From Chloroflexota bacterium (GTDB lineage Bacteria > Chloroflexota > Dormibacteria > Dormibacterales > Dormibacteraceae): 47,229 nt of DNA. Both the position numbers and the translations under genes were made by a program. The notes beneath the pieces are model-generated. The model saw nothing but the letters and a program-made list of their open reading frames with translations. It did not search any database and had not been told where the DNA came from. The stretch lies in contig VBDS01000012.1 of assembly GCA_005889085.1 (NCBI GenBank), positions 1 through 47,229 on the forward strand. The letters are read 5' to 3'. Positions 26,475 through 34,131 of the stretch are shown here, one piece after another. Every line of letters begins with the position of its first letter. The stretch's first letter is position 1.

Positions 26475-27089
26475 TCACTTTTTCTTGAGCTGGACCTCGA
26501 CCCCATCGTCCGTCGCGTTCACCTCGACGTCGCCGGCCCTTATGCGAATGCCATCTTCGAGTCGTGTGGCGACGATGGAGCCTTCGAAGACCATCTCGGC
26601 AAACCGCCAGTCCTTTCCATCGCTGCGCGGGCGGACGTGCTTACGCATCTTCACGATCACACCCTGAGGGCTGCGCCAAACGCCTTCGCCGGAGGGCTTG
26701 AAGCCGCGAGTGACGAGCTCGCCGAGGCGGTCGGGGATGACCTCCGGCGGGGGCTTCGGCGCGGGCCAGTCGACCGGCTTCTCGCGTTCCGCGCCATGAC
26801 CCGAGATCACCCGGAGGTTGGGCTTGCGAGACTGCGCCTGCTCCAGGGAGAGCCGCAGCAGCTCGGAGCCCTCCTCCTGGGCGAAGAACGCACCGGAGAT
26901 GCGGGCCGGGTCCTTGGCCCGGCGGATGCAGTTTGTGCAATCGGGCTCGTCCTGCACTGCGGCGTAAGAGCCGTCGGCGAGAGTCTGGCCGCACAGGGTC
27001 GTGACCGGCCCGGTCTGCGGCACTTTGGGGGTCAGGTGGATCCGGCCGCCGGACTTGCGGCGGACAGACTCGAGCCGGACCTTGTGCAC
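26475..27089 (-). CDS. Hypothetical protein (204 aa) with an N-terminal Cys cluster
   Basis: GTG start. Strong GC3 bias through the whole frame. LCGQ...CTNC, and a beta-rich C-terminus ending in KKK. I recognise no family. Confidence 0.6.
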   Translation of the reverse strand: MHKVRLESVRRKSGGRIHLTPKVPQTGPVTTLCGQTLADGSYAAVQDEPDCTNCIRRAKDPARISGAFFAQEEGSELLRLSLEQAQSRKPNLRVISGHGAEREKPVDWPAPKPPPEVIPDRLGELVTRGFKPSGEGVWRSPQGVIVKMRKHVRPRSDGKDWRFAEMVFEGSIVATRLEDGIRIRAGDVEVNATDDGVEVQLKKK

Positions 27090-27112
27090 GACCTAATGAT
27101 GGGGTTTGGAGC

Positions 27113-27158
27113 AGCCCCTCCGGCGGCTCCGCCGCCACCTCCCCATGAATGGGGAGGA
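27113..27158. repeat. Dispersed palindromic (REP-like) element, copy A
   Basis: AGCCCCTCCGGC...GCCACCTCCCCAtgaaTGGGGAGGA. The 8-bp stem pairs 27138-27145 with 27150-27157. Related copies are at 33915-33959, 34043-34087 and, degenerate, at 1537-1564. Confidence 0.5.
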
Positions 27159-27172
27159 CACATTCTTAGGCG

Positions 27173-27298
27173 TTATCGGCTCTTGCTAGCCTGTGCGTTG
27201 CTGATCCGCGCGGCGCGGGACTTGCTCATCCCCTTCTTCTTCAGGGCCTCGTACGTCTTCGGCTTCTTGATCGACGGGCCTGGTTTCTTACCCGGCAT
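27173..27298 (-). CDS. Small basic protein (41 aa), below the ORF-track size cutoff
   Basis: My own translation: MPGKKPGPSIKKPKTYEALKKKGMSKSRAARISNAQASKSR. The Shine-Dalgarno sequence AAAGGGGGTGA sits 4 nt upstream of the ATG. Palindromic element A lies just downstream. Confidence 0.55.
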   Translation of the reverse strand: MPGKKPGPSIKKPKTYEALKKKGMSKSRAARISNAQASKSR

Positions 27299-27447
27299 TG
27301 ACTCACCCCCTTTATGGGCAAAACACCCGCCCATATAACGTCCAGCGGCCCTGGAAGACCCCTGGAATGGGTATGGTCAAAGCCCTTGTCAAACCTTCTG
27401 AGAGCGCCGAGTAGGCGCGCCGTTGTGGGCGCTTATCTAGCAGTCCC

Positions 27448-28089
27448 ATGAGCCTCCTGATCCTGCCCGCGGCTCGAACCCGCACCCGGCGCCAGGCCCA
27501 TTCGCTGGTCGAGGAGCCTCATTTCGACGCGACGGTGGTGCGGCGGGCGGTGGCGGCGATCGATAAGCAGGCCAGGCGTGGCCCCCGGATGGGCCTCTCT
27601 GTCCGCAGCGATCTGCCGGGGCTCAAGGTCGCCGACGTCCGGCGCGCGCTGGCCGGCTTGCCATCGCCTGGCGATTATCGGGTGGTGATCAAGCCAATGC
27701 GCTACCGGACCAGGCCGCACCTGGGCGGACTCTGCGAGTTCGACATGGGGCGGATCATCCTTCGCGTCCCCGAGCCATTCCGTCCGTTCAGCGAGCTCGT
27801 CTACTTCAGCGCCCGGCGCAAGCCAGGAGAGGGGATGAGGTTCGCCTGGACCGCGGAGAAGGTGCGGTTCCGCACCAGGAGAGACGTTTTGCGGTTTGTC
27901 TACCTGCACGAGTGGCTCCACTGGTACCTGCGGGAGATGCGCGGCTTGCGCGCCGGCGCGGAGACTGCGTGCGACAGGTTTGCGCTGCGCAACTTCCGCC
28001 GCCGCCGGGTGAGCGTCGATGATGCGCTCGAGGCCATCCGCGGCTGCCGGATGCAGCCGGTGCCGGAGCACCTGGGGATCGCGGCTTGA
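27448..28089 (+). CDS. Hypothetical HExxH protein (SprT/YgjP-like metallopeptidase signature)
   Basis: GGLCEFDMGRIILRVPEPF, then FVYLHEWLHWYL about 50 residues later. This is the G-x-C...I-x-L plus HExxH arrangement typical of SprT/DUF45-type zincins. No obvious Shine-Dalgarno sequence. Confidence 0.5.
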   Translation: MSLLILPAARTRTRRQAHSLVEEPHFDATVVRRAVAAIDKQARRGPRMGLSVRSDLPGLKVADVRRALAGLPSPGDYRVVIKPMRYRTRPHLGGLCEFDMGRIILRVPEPFRPFSELVYFSARRKPGEGMRFAWTAEKVRFRTRRDVLRFVYLHEWLHWYLREMRGLRAGAETACDRFALRNFRRRRVSVDDALEAIRGCRMQPVPEHLGIAA

Positions 28090-28201
28090 TGACTGTCCGT
28101 TCTGTCGCCTTTCGGCGAGCCCCGATACCGGCTTTTTCGGACAATCGTCGGGGTTAACAGCCGGGGTTCGCTTCGGAGAGGCGCTTGGCCATGATCGGGC
28201 T

Positions 28202-29074
28202 GTGGCGCCAACTCCCCGGATTCCAGCTGAGCTGAGGAATCGCCCGTTCAGCCTCGAAGAGGCCCGGCGCCACGGCTTGACCAAGCACCATCTCGAGGGC
28301 GAGAGCTGGCGACGGATTGCGACCGGTTTCTATGCATGGCGTGACATCGCTAGTAGCCCCATGGTGGTGCTCACTGCAGCCAAGATGCGGCTTGTGGACT
28401 GTGCGGCCTTCTCAGGTCGCACCGCTGCCTGGCTCCACGGGCTCGACATGCAACCATGCGATCCAGTCGAGATGACTCTTCCATCCAATAGCCGAATCGC
28501 CCACGTGGCCGGGATATCCATTCGCAGAGCCGACCTTCGGAGGCATGAAGTCTCGACACGTCATGGGCTGCGAGTCACTTCGGCCGTCCGCACGTTGGCT
28601 GACCTGGCGCGCCATTCGTCGCTGATCGACGCAGTGGTGGCTTTGGATTCCGCGTTGCATGGGCGCCTGGTGAAACTGGACCAGTTGAAAGTCTGGCTCG
28701 AGTCTCACAAGCGATTCCCTGGCACCGCCCGCCTTCGAAGGGCGATCGAGCTGGCCGAGCCCGCCACGGAGAGCGTCATGGAGACGCGGCTGAGATTGCT
28801 TCTCGTCTTGGCCAGATTGCCGACGCCGCAGGCCCAGGTACCGCTTTACGACGATGCCGGGCTGTTCCTAGCTCGACCGGACCTCTATTACCCACAGGGC
28901 CGACTGGTGATCGAGTACGACGGCTCGACGCATCGCGACAGCCTGACGGCCGACAACCGCCGTCAGAATCGTTTGATCAATGCCGGCTATAGGTTGCTGC
29001 GATTCAGCGCGGCGGATGTTCTCTACGCTCCCGATTCTGTTGTTTTCCTGGTAAAGCACGCGCTACATGCTTGA
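28202..29074 (+). CDS. DUF559 (Vsr-like endonuclease fold) protein with an AbiEi-like N-terminal wHTH
   Basis: N-terminus: FSLEEARRHGLTKHHLEGESWRRIATGFYA. C-terminus: ARPDLYYPQGRLVIEYDGSTHRD...RQNRLINAGYRLLRF. The GTG 28202 start is inferred, and the frame is open back to 28019. Confidence 0.75.
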   Translation: MAPTPRIPAELRNRPFSLEEARRHGLTKHHLEGESWRRIATGFYAWRDIASSPMVVLTAAKMRLVDCAAFSGRTAAWLHGLDMQPCDPVEMTLPSNSRIAHVAGISIRRADLRRHEVSTRHGLRVTSAVRTLADLARHSSLIDAVVALDSALHGRLVKLDQLKVWLESHKRFPGTARLRRAIELAEPATESVMETRLRLLLVLARLPTPQAQVPLYDDAGLFLARPDLYYPQGRLVIEYDGSTHRDSLTADNRRQNRLINAGYRLLRFSAADVLYAPDSVVFLVKHALHA

Positions 29075-29600
29075 GGGCACGGCGCTCGGAACCGTTGTCG
29101 AGCTGATGGTCGAGGCCGAGATACTGGTTGGTTCCGACGGTCGCCTCATTCCGTCCCGCGTCGAGCCCGACGTGGACCATCGAGACATCGTGGTCGCCGA
29201 GGTCGGAGGATATGGAGCCCTGTGGCTGCAGGTCAAGGGCACAACTCACCCCGACCGCGAGGGGCGTATCGTCGCCTTCGCCAACTATCCGGTCGATGCC
29301 ATCCCCGAGAGCGCCCGCCTTCTCTACCTGGTCTGTCTGCTCGATGTCGACCAGCATCTTCTCGCGAGGACCTGGCTCGTTCCTTCCTCTGACTTCAACC
29401 GGCGTGCGTACCGCGAGCACACAAGACGGCAAGGCCGGATCAACCTCCAGTTCTCGTGCCTGGCTTCAGGGGATGCTCATTGGGACGCGTTCGAGGTGCC
29501 CAGGCTCGAGCTCGGAGCACGCCTCGAGCCGCTGGTCCACGCCCTCGGCCCAGCGACCATGGAAGAGCTGGGCGCGCTGCGCGCTCAGATATCTAACTGA
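29067..29600 (+). CDS. Hypothetical protein with a PD-(D/E)xK-like nuclease signature
   Basis: 8-nt overlap with the DUF559 gene. N-terminal helix with Glu (VVELMVEAEIL), then DHRDIVVAEV...LWLQVKGT, which fits a D...(E/Q)xK pattern. Confidence 0.4.
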   Translation: MLEGTALGTVVELMVEAEILVGSDGRLIPSRVEPDVDHRDIVVAEVGGYGALWLQVKGTTHPDREGRIVAFANYPVDAIPESARLLYLVCLLDVDQHLLARTWLVPSSDFNRRAYREHTRRQGRINLQFSCLASGDAHWDAFEVPRLELGARLEPLVHALGPATMEELGALRAQISN

Positions 29601-30522
29601 TCGGACTCGTTTCTCTCGGGTTCGGCAGCGGTGTCAGGTTCGCCTCCACCTGCTTACGGAGATATTCAAACGCGGGCGGCAGCGAGAGCCGCTCGCCGAG
29701 GTGCTCCTTCGGCTCGTCGGTTGCGAATCCCGGACCGATGGTCGCGATCTCGAACAGCACACCGCTTGGCTCGCGGAAGTAGATCGAGCGAAAGTAGAAG
29801 CGGTCGATCACCGGCGTCGGGTCACCTCCGCCCCCGATGACGCGATCGCGCCAGGCGACGTGGTCTTCCATCGTCGAGGCCCACGCAACGTGGTGCACGG
29901 TGCCCGAACCACCCAGGCCGCGCGCGTCGGGAGCGGCGTCGTAGACGTAGAACGAGCCGCGTGAAGCGCCCCGCGCGTCGTACGCGTCCGGGCCGGTGCC
30001 CTGGAACCCGAGCGTCTCGCTCAGGAACTGGTGACTGGCGCCACGCACTCGCTCAAATGCACGCACGCCGGCAAAGCCCTGGAGGGCGAACTGGTCGGGG
30101 ATCTCGGGGTGCTGCGCCACCAGCGGCTGGTCATGGGTCGGTTCTGCGATGAGCTCGAAGCCCAGACCCTCGGGGTCGGCGAAGCGGAGCTTGTTGCCGT
30201 CGATCGTGGATTCGAGGCCCGCGCCTGCCAGACGCCGGGTCCAGAAATCGAGCGCCTCTTCGCTGCCAACTCGGAATGCGATCCGGTGAATCATTCCCGC
30301 GCCTGCGCGGCCGCGCACCAGGCCCGGGTACTCGAAGAAGGTGAGGTCGGCGCCCGGGCTGCCGTCCTCGTCTGCATAGAAGAGGTGGTAGACCGCCGGG
30401 TTGTCCTGGTTGACGGTCTTCTTGACCAGGCGCAGGCCCATAACGCCGGTGTAGAACAGGACGTTTTTGGTCGCATCGGCGGTGATGGCGCTGATGTGGT
30501 GGATGCCGTTCAGGTTCTTCAT
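29593..30522 (-). CDS. VOC-family ring-cleaving dioxygenase (MhqO/YfiE-like, two glyoxalase modules)
   Basis: MKNLNGIHHISAITADATKNVLFYTGVMGLRLVKKTVNQD...YHLFYAD and TVHHVAWA...YFRSIYFREPSGVLFEIAT. The N-terminal part of the listed ORF is discarded. Confidence 0.85.
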   Translation of the reverse strand: MKNLNGIHHISAITADATKNVLFYTGVMGLRLVKKTVNQDNPAVYHLFYADEDGSPGADLTFFEYPGLVRGRAGAGMIHRIAFRVGSEEALDFWTRRLAGAGLESTIDGNKLRFADPEGLGFELIAEPTHDQPLVAQHPEIPDQFALQGFAGVRAFERVRGASHQFLSETLGFQGTGPDAYDARGASRGSFYVYDAAPDARGLGGSGTVHHVAWASTMEDHVAWRDRVIGGGGDPTPVIDRFYFRSIYFREPSGVLFEIATIGPGFATDEPKEHLGERLSLPPAFEYLRKQVEANLTPLPNPRETSPIS

Positions 30523-30574
30523 CTCTTCTAGTTGTACCCGGAACGGCCCGCGGATTGTTCCAGAGGCCCCCGGC

Positions 30575-30600
30575 GTAACAGAAGCCCGGGTCCGCGCGTA
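30575..30600 (+). promoter_or_regulatory. Candidate ECF-type promoter upstream of the sigma factor gene
   Basis: GTAAC (30575-30579), a 17-nt spacer, then CGTA (30597-30600), about 22 nt upstream of GTG 30623. Pattern match only. Confidence 0.25.
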
Positions 30601-30622
30601 GAACCTGCAGGCAGCGGCGTGA

Positions 30623-31144
30623 GTGAGTGAGCAAGGCGCCTTAGAACGCGCGAAGGCGGGCAACGGTCCTGCCTTCGAAGAGCTGTTGGCGCCTGTTCTC
30701 GATCCCGCGTTCCGGCTGGCGATGACGATGTTGGACGACAGGTCGGCAGCAGAGGATGCGGTGCAGGAGGCGGCGCTCAAGGCCTGGCGCAAGCTGGACC
30801 AGATCCGTGCAGGATCGCCCATGCGGCCCTGGTTCCTCGCGATCGTGGCCAACGAGTGCCGCAGCGCACGGCGAGCGCGGTGGTGGAATGTCATGCGGTT
30901 CCCCGACCTCAGAGCCGAATCCGCCCCTCCGCCGGACACGTGGGCGGACCGCGCCGACCTACAGACGGCCCTTGGGAACCTGGCGCCTCATCACCTCCTC
31001 GTGCTGACCCTCTACTACCACCTCGACCTCCCCATCGATGAGGTCGCACGTGTCTTCGGGTGCTCGGAGGGTGCGGCGCGGCAGCGTGTTCACCGCGCGC
31101 TGGCGGCGCTGCGTCCCGGGCTGGTGCTGGAGGTCAACGGATGA
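30623..31144 (+). CDS. ECF-type RNA polymerase sigma-70 family factor
   Basis: Region 2: AEDAVQEAALKAWRKL...WFLAIVANECRSARR. Region 4: LVLTLYYHLDLPIDEVARVFGCSEGAARQRVHRA. Confidence 0.85.
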   Translation: MSEQGALERAKAGNGPAFEELLAPVLDPAFRLAMTMLDDRSAAEDAVQEAALKAWRKLDQIRAGSPMRPWFLAIVANECRSARRARWWNVMRFPDLRAESAPPPDTWADRADLQTALGNLAPHHLLVLTLYYHLDLPIDEVARVFGCSEGAARQRVHRALAALRPGLVLEVNG

Positions 31145-33192
31145 CCCCGGAAGAGAACGACCTCCGCCGGGCACTCGACGCAAGGAGCGGCGCCCCGTCG
31201 CCCGAGTTCCGTACGCGCCTACGTGATGCCTTCGCGCAGGGCAAGCCTGGGACCAATTTCATGCCTGCCATCGCGCTCGCCACGGTCTTCGTGTTGACGG
31301 TGACGTCGGTCGGTGTGTTGTTGGCGGCACGGAACTTCGGCCGTATCCACGGCGGGCTGGCGAACGGCGCGCGAGTCGTCACACCGACTCCGATCGCGAT
31401 GCCGACCACCGCGCAGCTGGTGGCTCCCTCGTCCAACGTGGTCTGGGTGCTCGTCGACTACGCCGGCCTGTACCGGTCGACGGACCAGGGCGCCCACTGG
31501 GAGCTACGGCCGATGCCCGCGGAGTTCGGCGTCAGGCCGTCGATGTCCTTTATCGACGACCACGAGGGATGGCTGCTCGCGCCCGGATCTCCGACGACGC
31601 AGTGCCAGCAAGCCAAGGCGGCGGTCTGGCACACCACCGACGCAGGGGCCACCTGGCAAAACCTGTTTGCGGGCGGCATCGCGGAGAGCCAGTGCAAGGA
31701 GCGAATCTGGTTCGATGATTCGAAGCAGGGGTTCATCAGCGCCTGGGACGACAACAACCAGCCCACCATCTATTTCACCCAGGATGGCGGCCACGTCTGG
31801 AAAGCAAGCAGGCTGCCCGACCCGCCGGATTTCAGAACACTGCCAGGCGGATTCACGCTGCGTGCCGACTGGATGAAGCGATTCGGCAGCACGCTCTACG
31901 TCGAGGCGTCCGGCCTGCAGGGGGCGGGCACGCCTTACCCGGACATTCCAGACCGCCAGTACATCTTCGTTTCAACTGACCGGGGAGTCACGTGGGTGTG
32001 GAAGCAAAAGGTCGCCTCGCGCTCCATGGTCATGGTCAGCGAGACGCGATGGCTGCAGCTCGCGATGCCGGGTCAGTCATTCGAATCGACAAACGGCGGC
32101 CAGCAGTTCCACCAATACGACTCGGACTTCAACACCGACACACCAGCCGGCGCGCAGTTCGTCTTTGCCGACGCGCAGGTCGGATATGCGGAGGGACGCG
32201 GTTCATTGCAGCGCACTATCGATGGCGGAGCACACTGGGTCAGGATCGCCACCCCGGGCACGCAACACGTGAGCGGTCCAACGCCGACCCCTGGTGCCAA
32301 GGGCGGCAGCATCCCCATGCCCACCGACGCAGCGCTGAGTGCGCCCTCGGCCAACGTGGTCTGGGCGCTTGTTGCTGGGCAATACCTCTTCCGCTCCGTG
32401 GATCAAGGCAAGACCTGGCAGCAGCGCCAGTGGGCTCCGTATTCGGGTGGCGGTGGACCTCCCATGATCACGTTCGTCGACAGCATGGACGGATGGGTGC
32501 TGTTTCCGGGCGTCCCCGCCACGAGCTGCAGTGCTCAAGGAGCGCAGCTCTGGCATACGTACGACGGCGCGAAAAGCTGGCAGCTAATCGCTGCCGCCGT
32601 CTACGGGCAGAGCGTTGCGGGAGCGTTGGCGTTCGACCAGTGCAAAGACGCGATCGCGTTTGCCGACCCTCAACACGGATTCTTGGCAACCGGCGATACC
32701 CTCGATCGTTCGACCATCTATCGAACCGCGGACGGCGGAGTGACCTGGTCGGCGAGCAAACTGCCTGACCCGCCTGGGTGGGTAACTGGAAATGGTGGTG
32801 TGGCACTGCGCGTTGTGTCGATCAAGACATTCGGCACCACAATCCTCGTTGACTCCTCGGGGACAAATGACCAAGGACTGCCCCGTTCGTTTGTCTTTGA
32901 GTCGACCGATGGTGGAGCCGGCTGGAAGTATCTGGTGCCTTCACTGGGAGTCGAGACCTTTGTCACGCCGACCCGCTGGCTGCGGATCGCCAATAACGGG
33001 CAAGCCGAAGAAACGCTTGACGCCGGTCAGGACTGGCACGCGTATTCGTCTGATTACCAGGACGCTGCTGGCGTCAGTTCTGTCTTCGTATTCGCCGATG
33101 ACAAAGTTGGTTATGGGACGGTCCGCGGTGGTGTACATCGCACCGTTGACGGCGGAGCCCACTGGGAGACCATCAAGGGCTCCTGGCCGTAG
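31141..33192 (+). CDS. Membrane-anchored protein with duplicated BNR/Asp-box (Ycf48-like) beta-propeller modules; probable anti-sigma or sensor partner
   Basis: ATGA overlap with the sigma gene. Short cytoplasmic N-terminus and one TM helix (MPAIALATVFVLTVTSVGVLLAA). Twelve SxDxGxxW-type boxes arranged 6+6: STDQGAHW, TTDAGATW, TQDGGHVW, STDRGVTW, STNGGQQF, TIDGGAHW, then SVDQGKTW, TYDGAKSW, TADGGVTW, STDGGAGW, TLDAGQDW, TVDGGAHW. Confidence 0.75.
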   Translation: MTPEENDLRRALDARSGAPSPEFRTRLRDAFAQGKPGTNFMPAIALATVFVLTVTSVGVLLAARNFGRIHGGLANGARVVTPTPIAMPTTAQLVAPSSNVVWVLVDYAGLYRSTDQGAHWELRPMPAEFGVRPSMSFIDDHEGWLLAPGSPTTQCQQAKAAVWHTTDAGATWQNLFAGGIAESQCKERIWFDDSKQGFISAWDDNNQPTIYFTQDGGHVWKASRLPDPPDFRTLPGGFTLRADWMKRFGSTLYVEASGLQGAGTPYPDIPDRQYIFVSTDRGVTWVWKQKVASRSMVMVSETRWLQLAMPGQSFESTNGGQQFHQYDSDFNTDTPAGAQFVFADAQVGYAEGRGSLQRTIDGGAHWVRIATPGTQHVSGPTPTPGAKGGSIPMPTDAALSAPSANVVWALVAGQYLFRSVDQGKTWQQRQWAPYSGGGGPPMITFVDSMDGWVLFPGVPATSCSAQGAQLWHTYDGAKSWQLIAAAVYGQSVAGALAFDQCKDAIAFADPQHGFLATGDTLDRSTIYRTADGGVTWSASKLPDPPGWVTGNGGVALRVVSIKTFGTTILVDSSGTNDQGLPRSFVFESTDGGAGWKYLVPSLGVETFVTPTRWLRIANNGQAEETLDAGQDWHAYSSDYQDAAGVSSVFVFADDKVGYGTVRGGVHRTVDGGAHWETIKGSWP

Positions 33193-33213
33193 CACCCCGG
33201 ATAATCGGGATGC

Positions 33214-33909
33214 ATGCCAATCCGGGTTGTAGGTTTTGACGGCGACGACACGCTGTGGCACAGCGAGACTCGATTCAGCGTCACGCAGGCTGAGTTTCGC
33301 GAGCTGCTGAAGCGACATGTCCCGGATGCCGACGTCGATGCGCGGCTGTCGGAGATGGAGATGAAGAACCTCAGCATCTACGGCTACGGCGTCAAGTCGT
33401 TCACGCTGTCGATGCTCGAGACCGCGATCGAGCTGACTCAGGGACGGATTCAGGCGAGCGACCTCGAGGTAGTCCTCGGCTGGGGCAAGCGGATGCTCAT
33501 GGAGCCGACGAAGCTCATCGACGGCGTGGAGGAGACTCTCCGCGCGGTGAGCGCCCGCTACGACCTGCTTCTCATCACCAAGGGCGACCTGTTCGACCAG
33601 GAGAGCAAGCTCGCGCGATCAGGTCTGGGCGAGCTGTTTCTCGGCGTCGAGATCCTCAGCGAGAAGAATGTCGATTCGTATCGCGGCGTCTTTCAGCGGC
33701 GCGGGATCAAGCCGGAGGAGTTCGTCATGGTCGGCAACTCCCTGCGCTCGGACGTCGTCCCGGTGGTGGCCCTCGGCGGCCGCGCGGTCCACATCCCTTA
33801 CGAGGTCACCTGGCACCACGAGCACGTGCCCGACGAGGAGCTGCCGGCGAAGGGCTGGCGGCGCGCCTCCAGCATCCGCGAGCTGCCCGCCGCGCTCGAA
33901 GACCTCTAA
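33214..33909 (+). CDS. HAD-superfamily hydrolase
   Basis: VVGFDGDDTLWH (motif I), LLLITKGD (motif II) and MVGNSLRSDV (motif IV). Confidence 0.85.
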   Translation: MPIRVVGFDGDDTLWHSETRFSVTQAEFRELLKRHVPDADVDARLSEMEMKNLSIYGYGVKSFTLSMLETAIELTQGRIQASDLEVVLGWGKRMLMEPTKLIDGVEETLRAVSARYDLLLITKGDLFDQESKLARSGLGELFLGVEILSEKNVDSYRGVFQRRGIKPEEFVMVGNSLRSDVVPVVALGGRAVHIPYEVTWHHEHVPDEELPAKGWRRASSIRELPAALEDL

Positions 33910-34131
33910 GCCTCGAGCCCCTCCGGCCCTGCGGGCCACCTCCCCATAGATGGGGAGGAGCCGCCGCCCGTCATCAGCAAGCCGAGGCGCTCCTCGGGTG
34001 TACCCGCGAGCTGCCCGCCGCGCTCGAAGACCTCTAAGCCTCGAGCCCCTCCGGCCCTGCGGGCCGCCTCCCCATAGATGGGGAGGAGCCGCCGCCCGTC
34101 ATGAGGAGCCCCAGCCTTTCCTCGGGTGTAT
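33876..34131. repeat. Tandem direct duplication, 2 x 128 bp, spanning the convergent 3' ends of the HAD and ABC-ATPase genes
   Basis: 33876-34003 aligns with 34004-34131 at an offset of exactly 128. Blocks of 62, 36 and 12 nt are identical. There is one mismatch at 33938/34066, and a 16-nt block (33975-33990) in which 8 positions differ. Confidence 0.9.

Noticed and set aside
27299-27447. Sigma70-like promoter hexamers for the divergent small ORF and the HExxH gene (for example TTATGG-N16-TATAAC).
   Set aside because: Several weak alternatives exist with poor spacing or poor matches, and none stands out. Only the TATGGGC-N9-GCCCATA inverted repeat is reported, within the islet finding.
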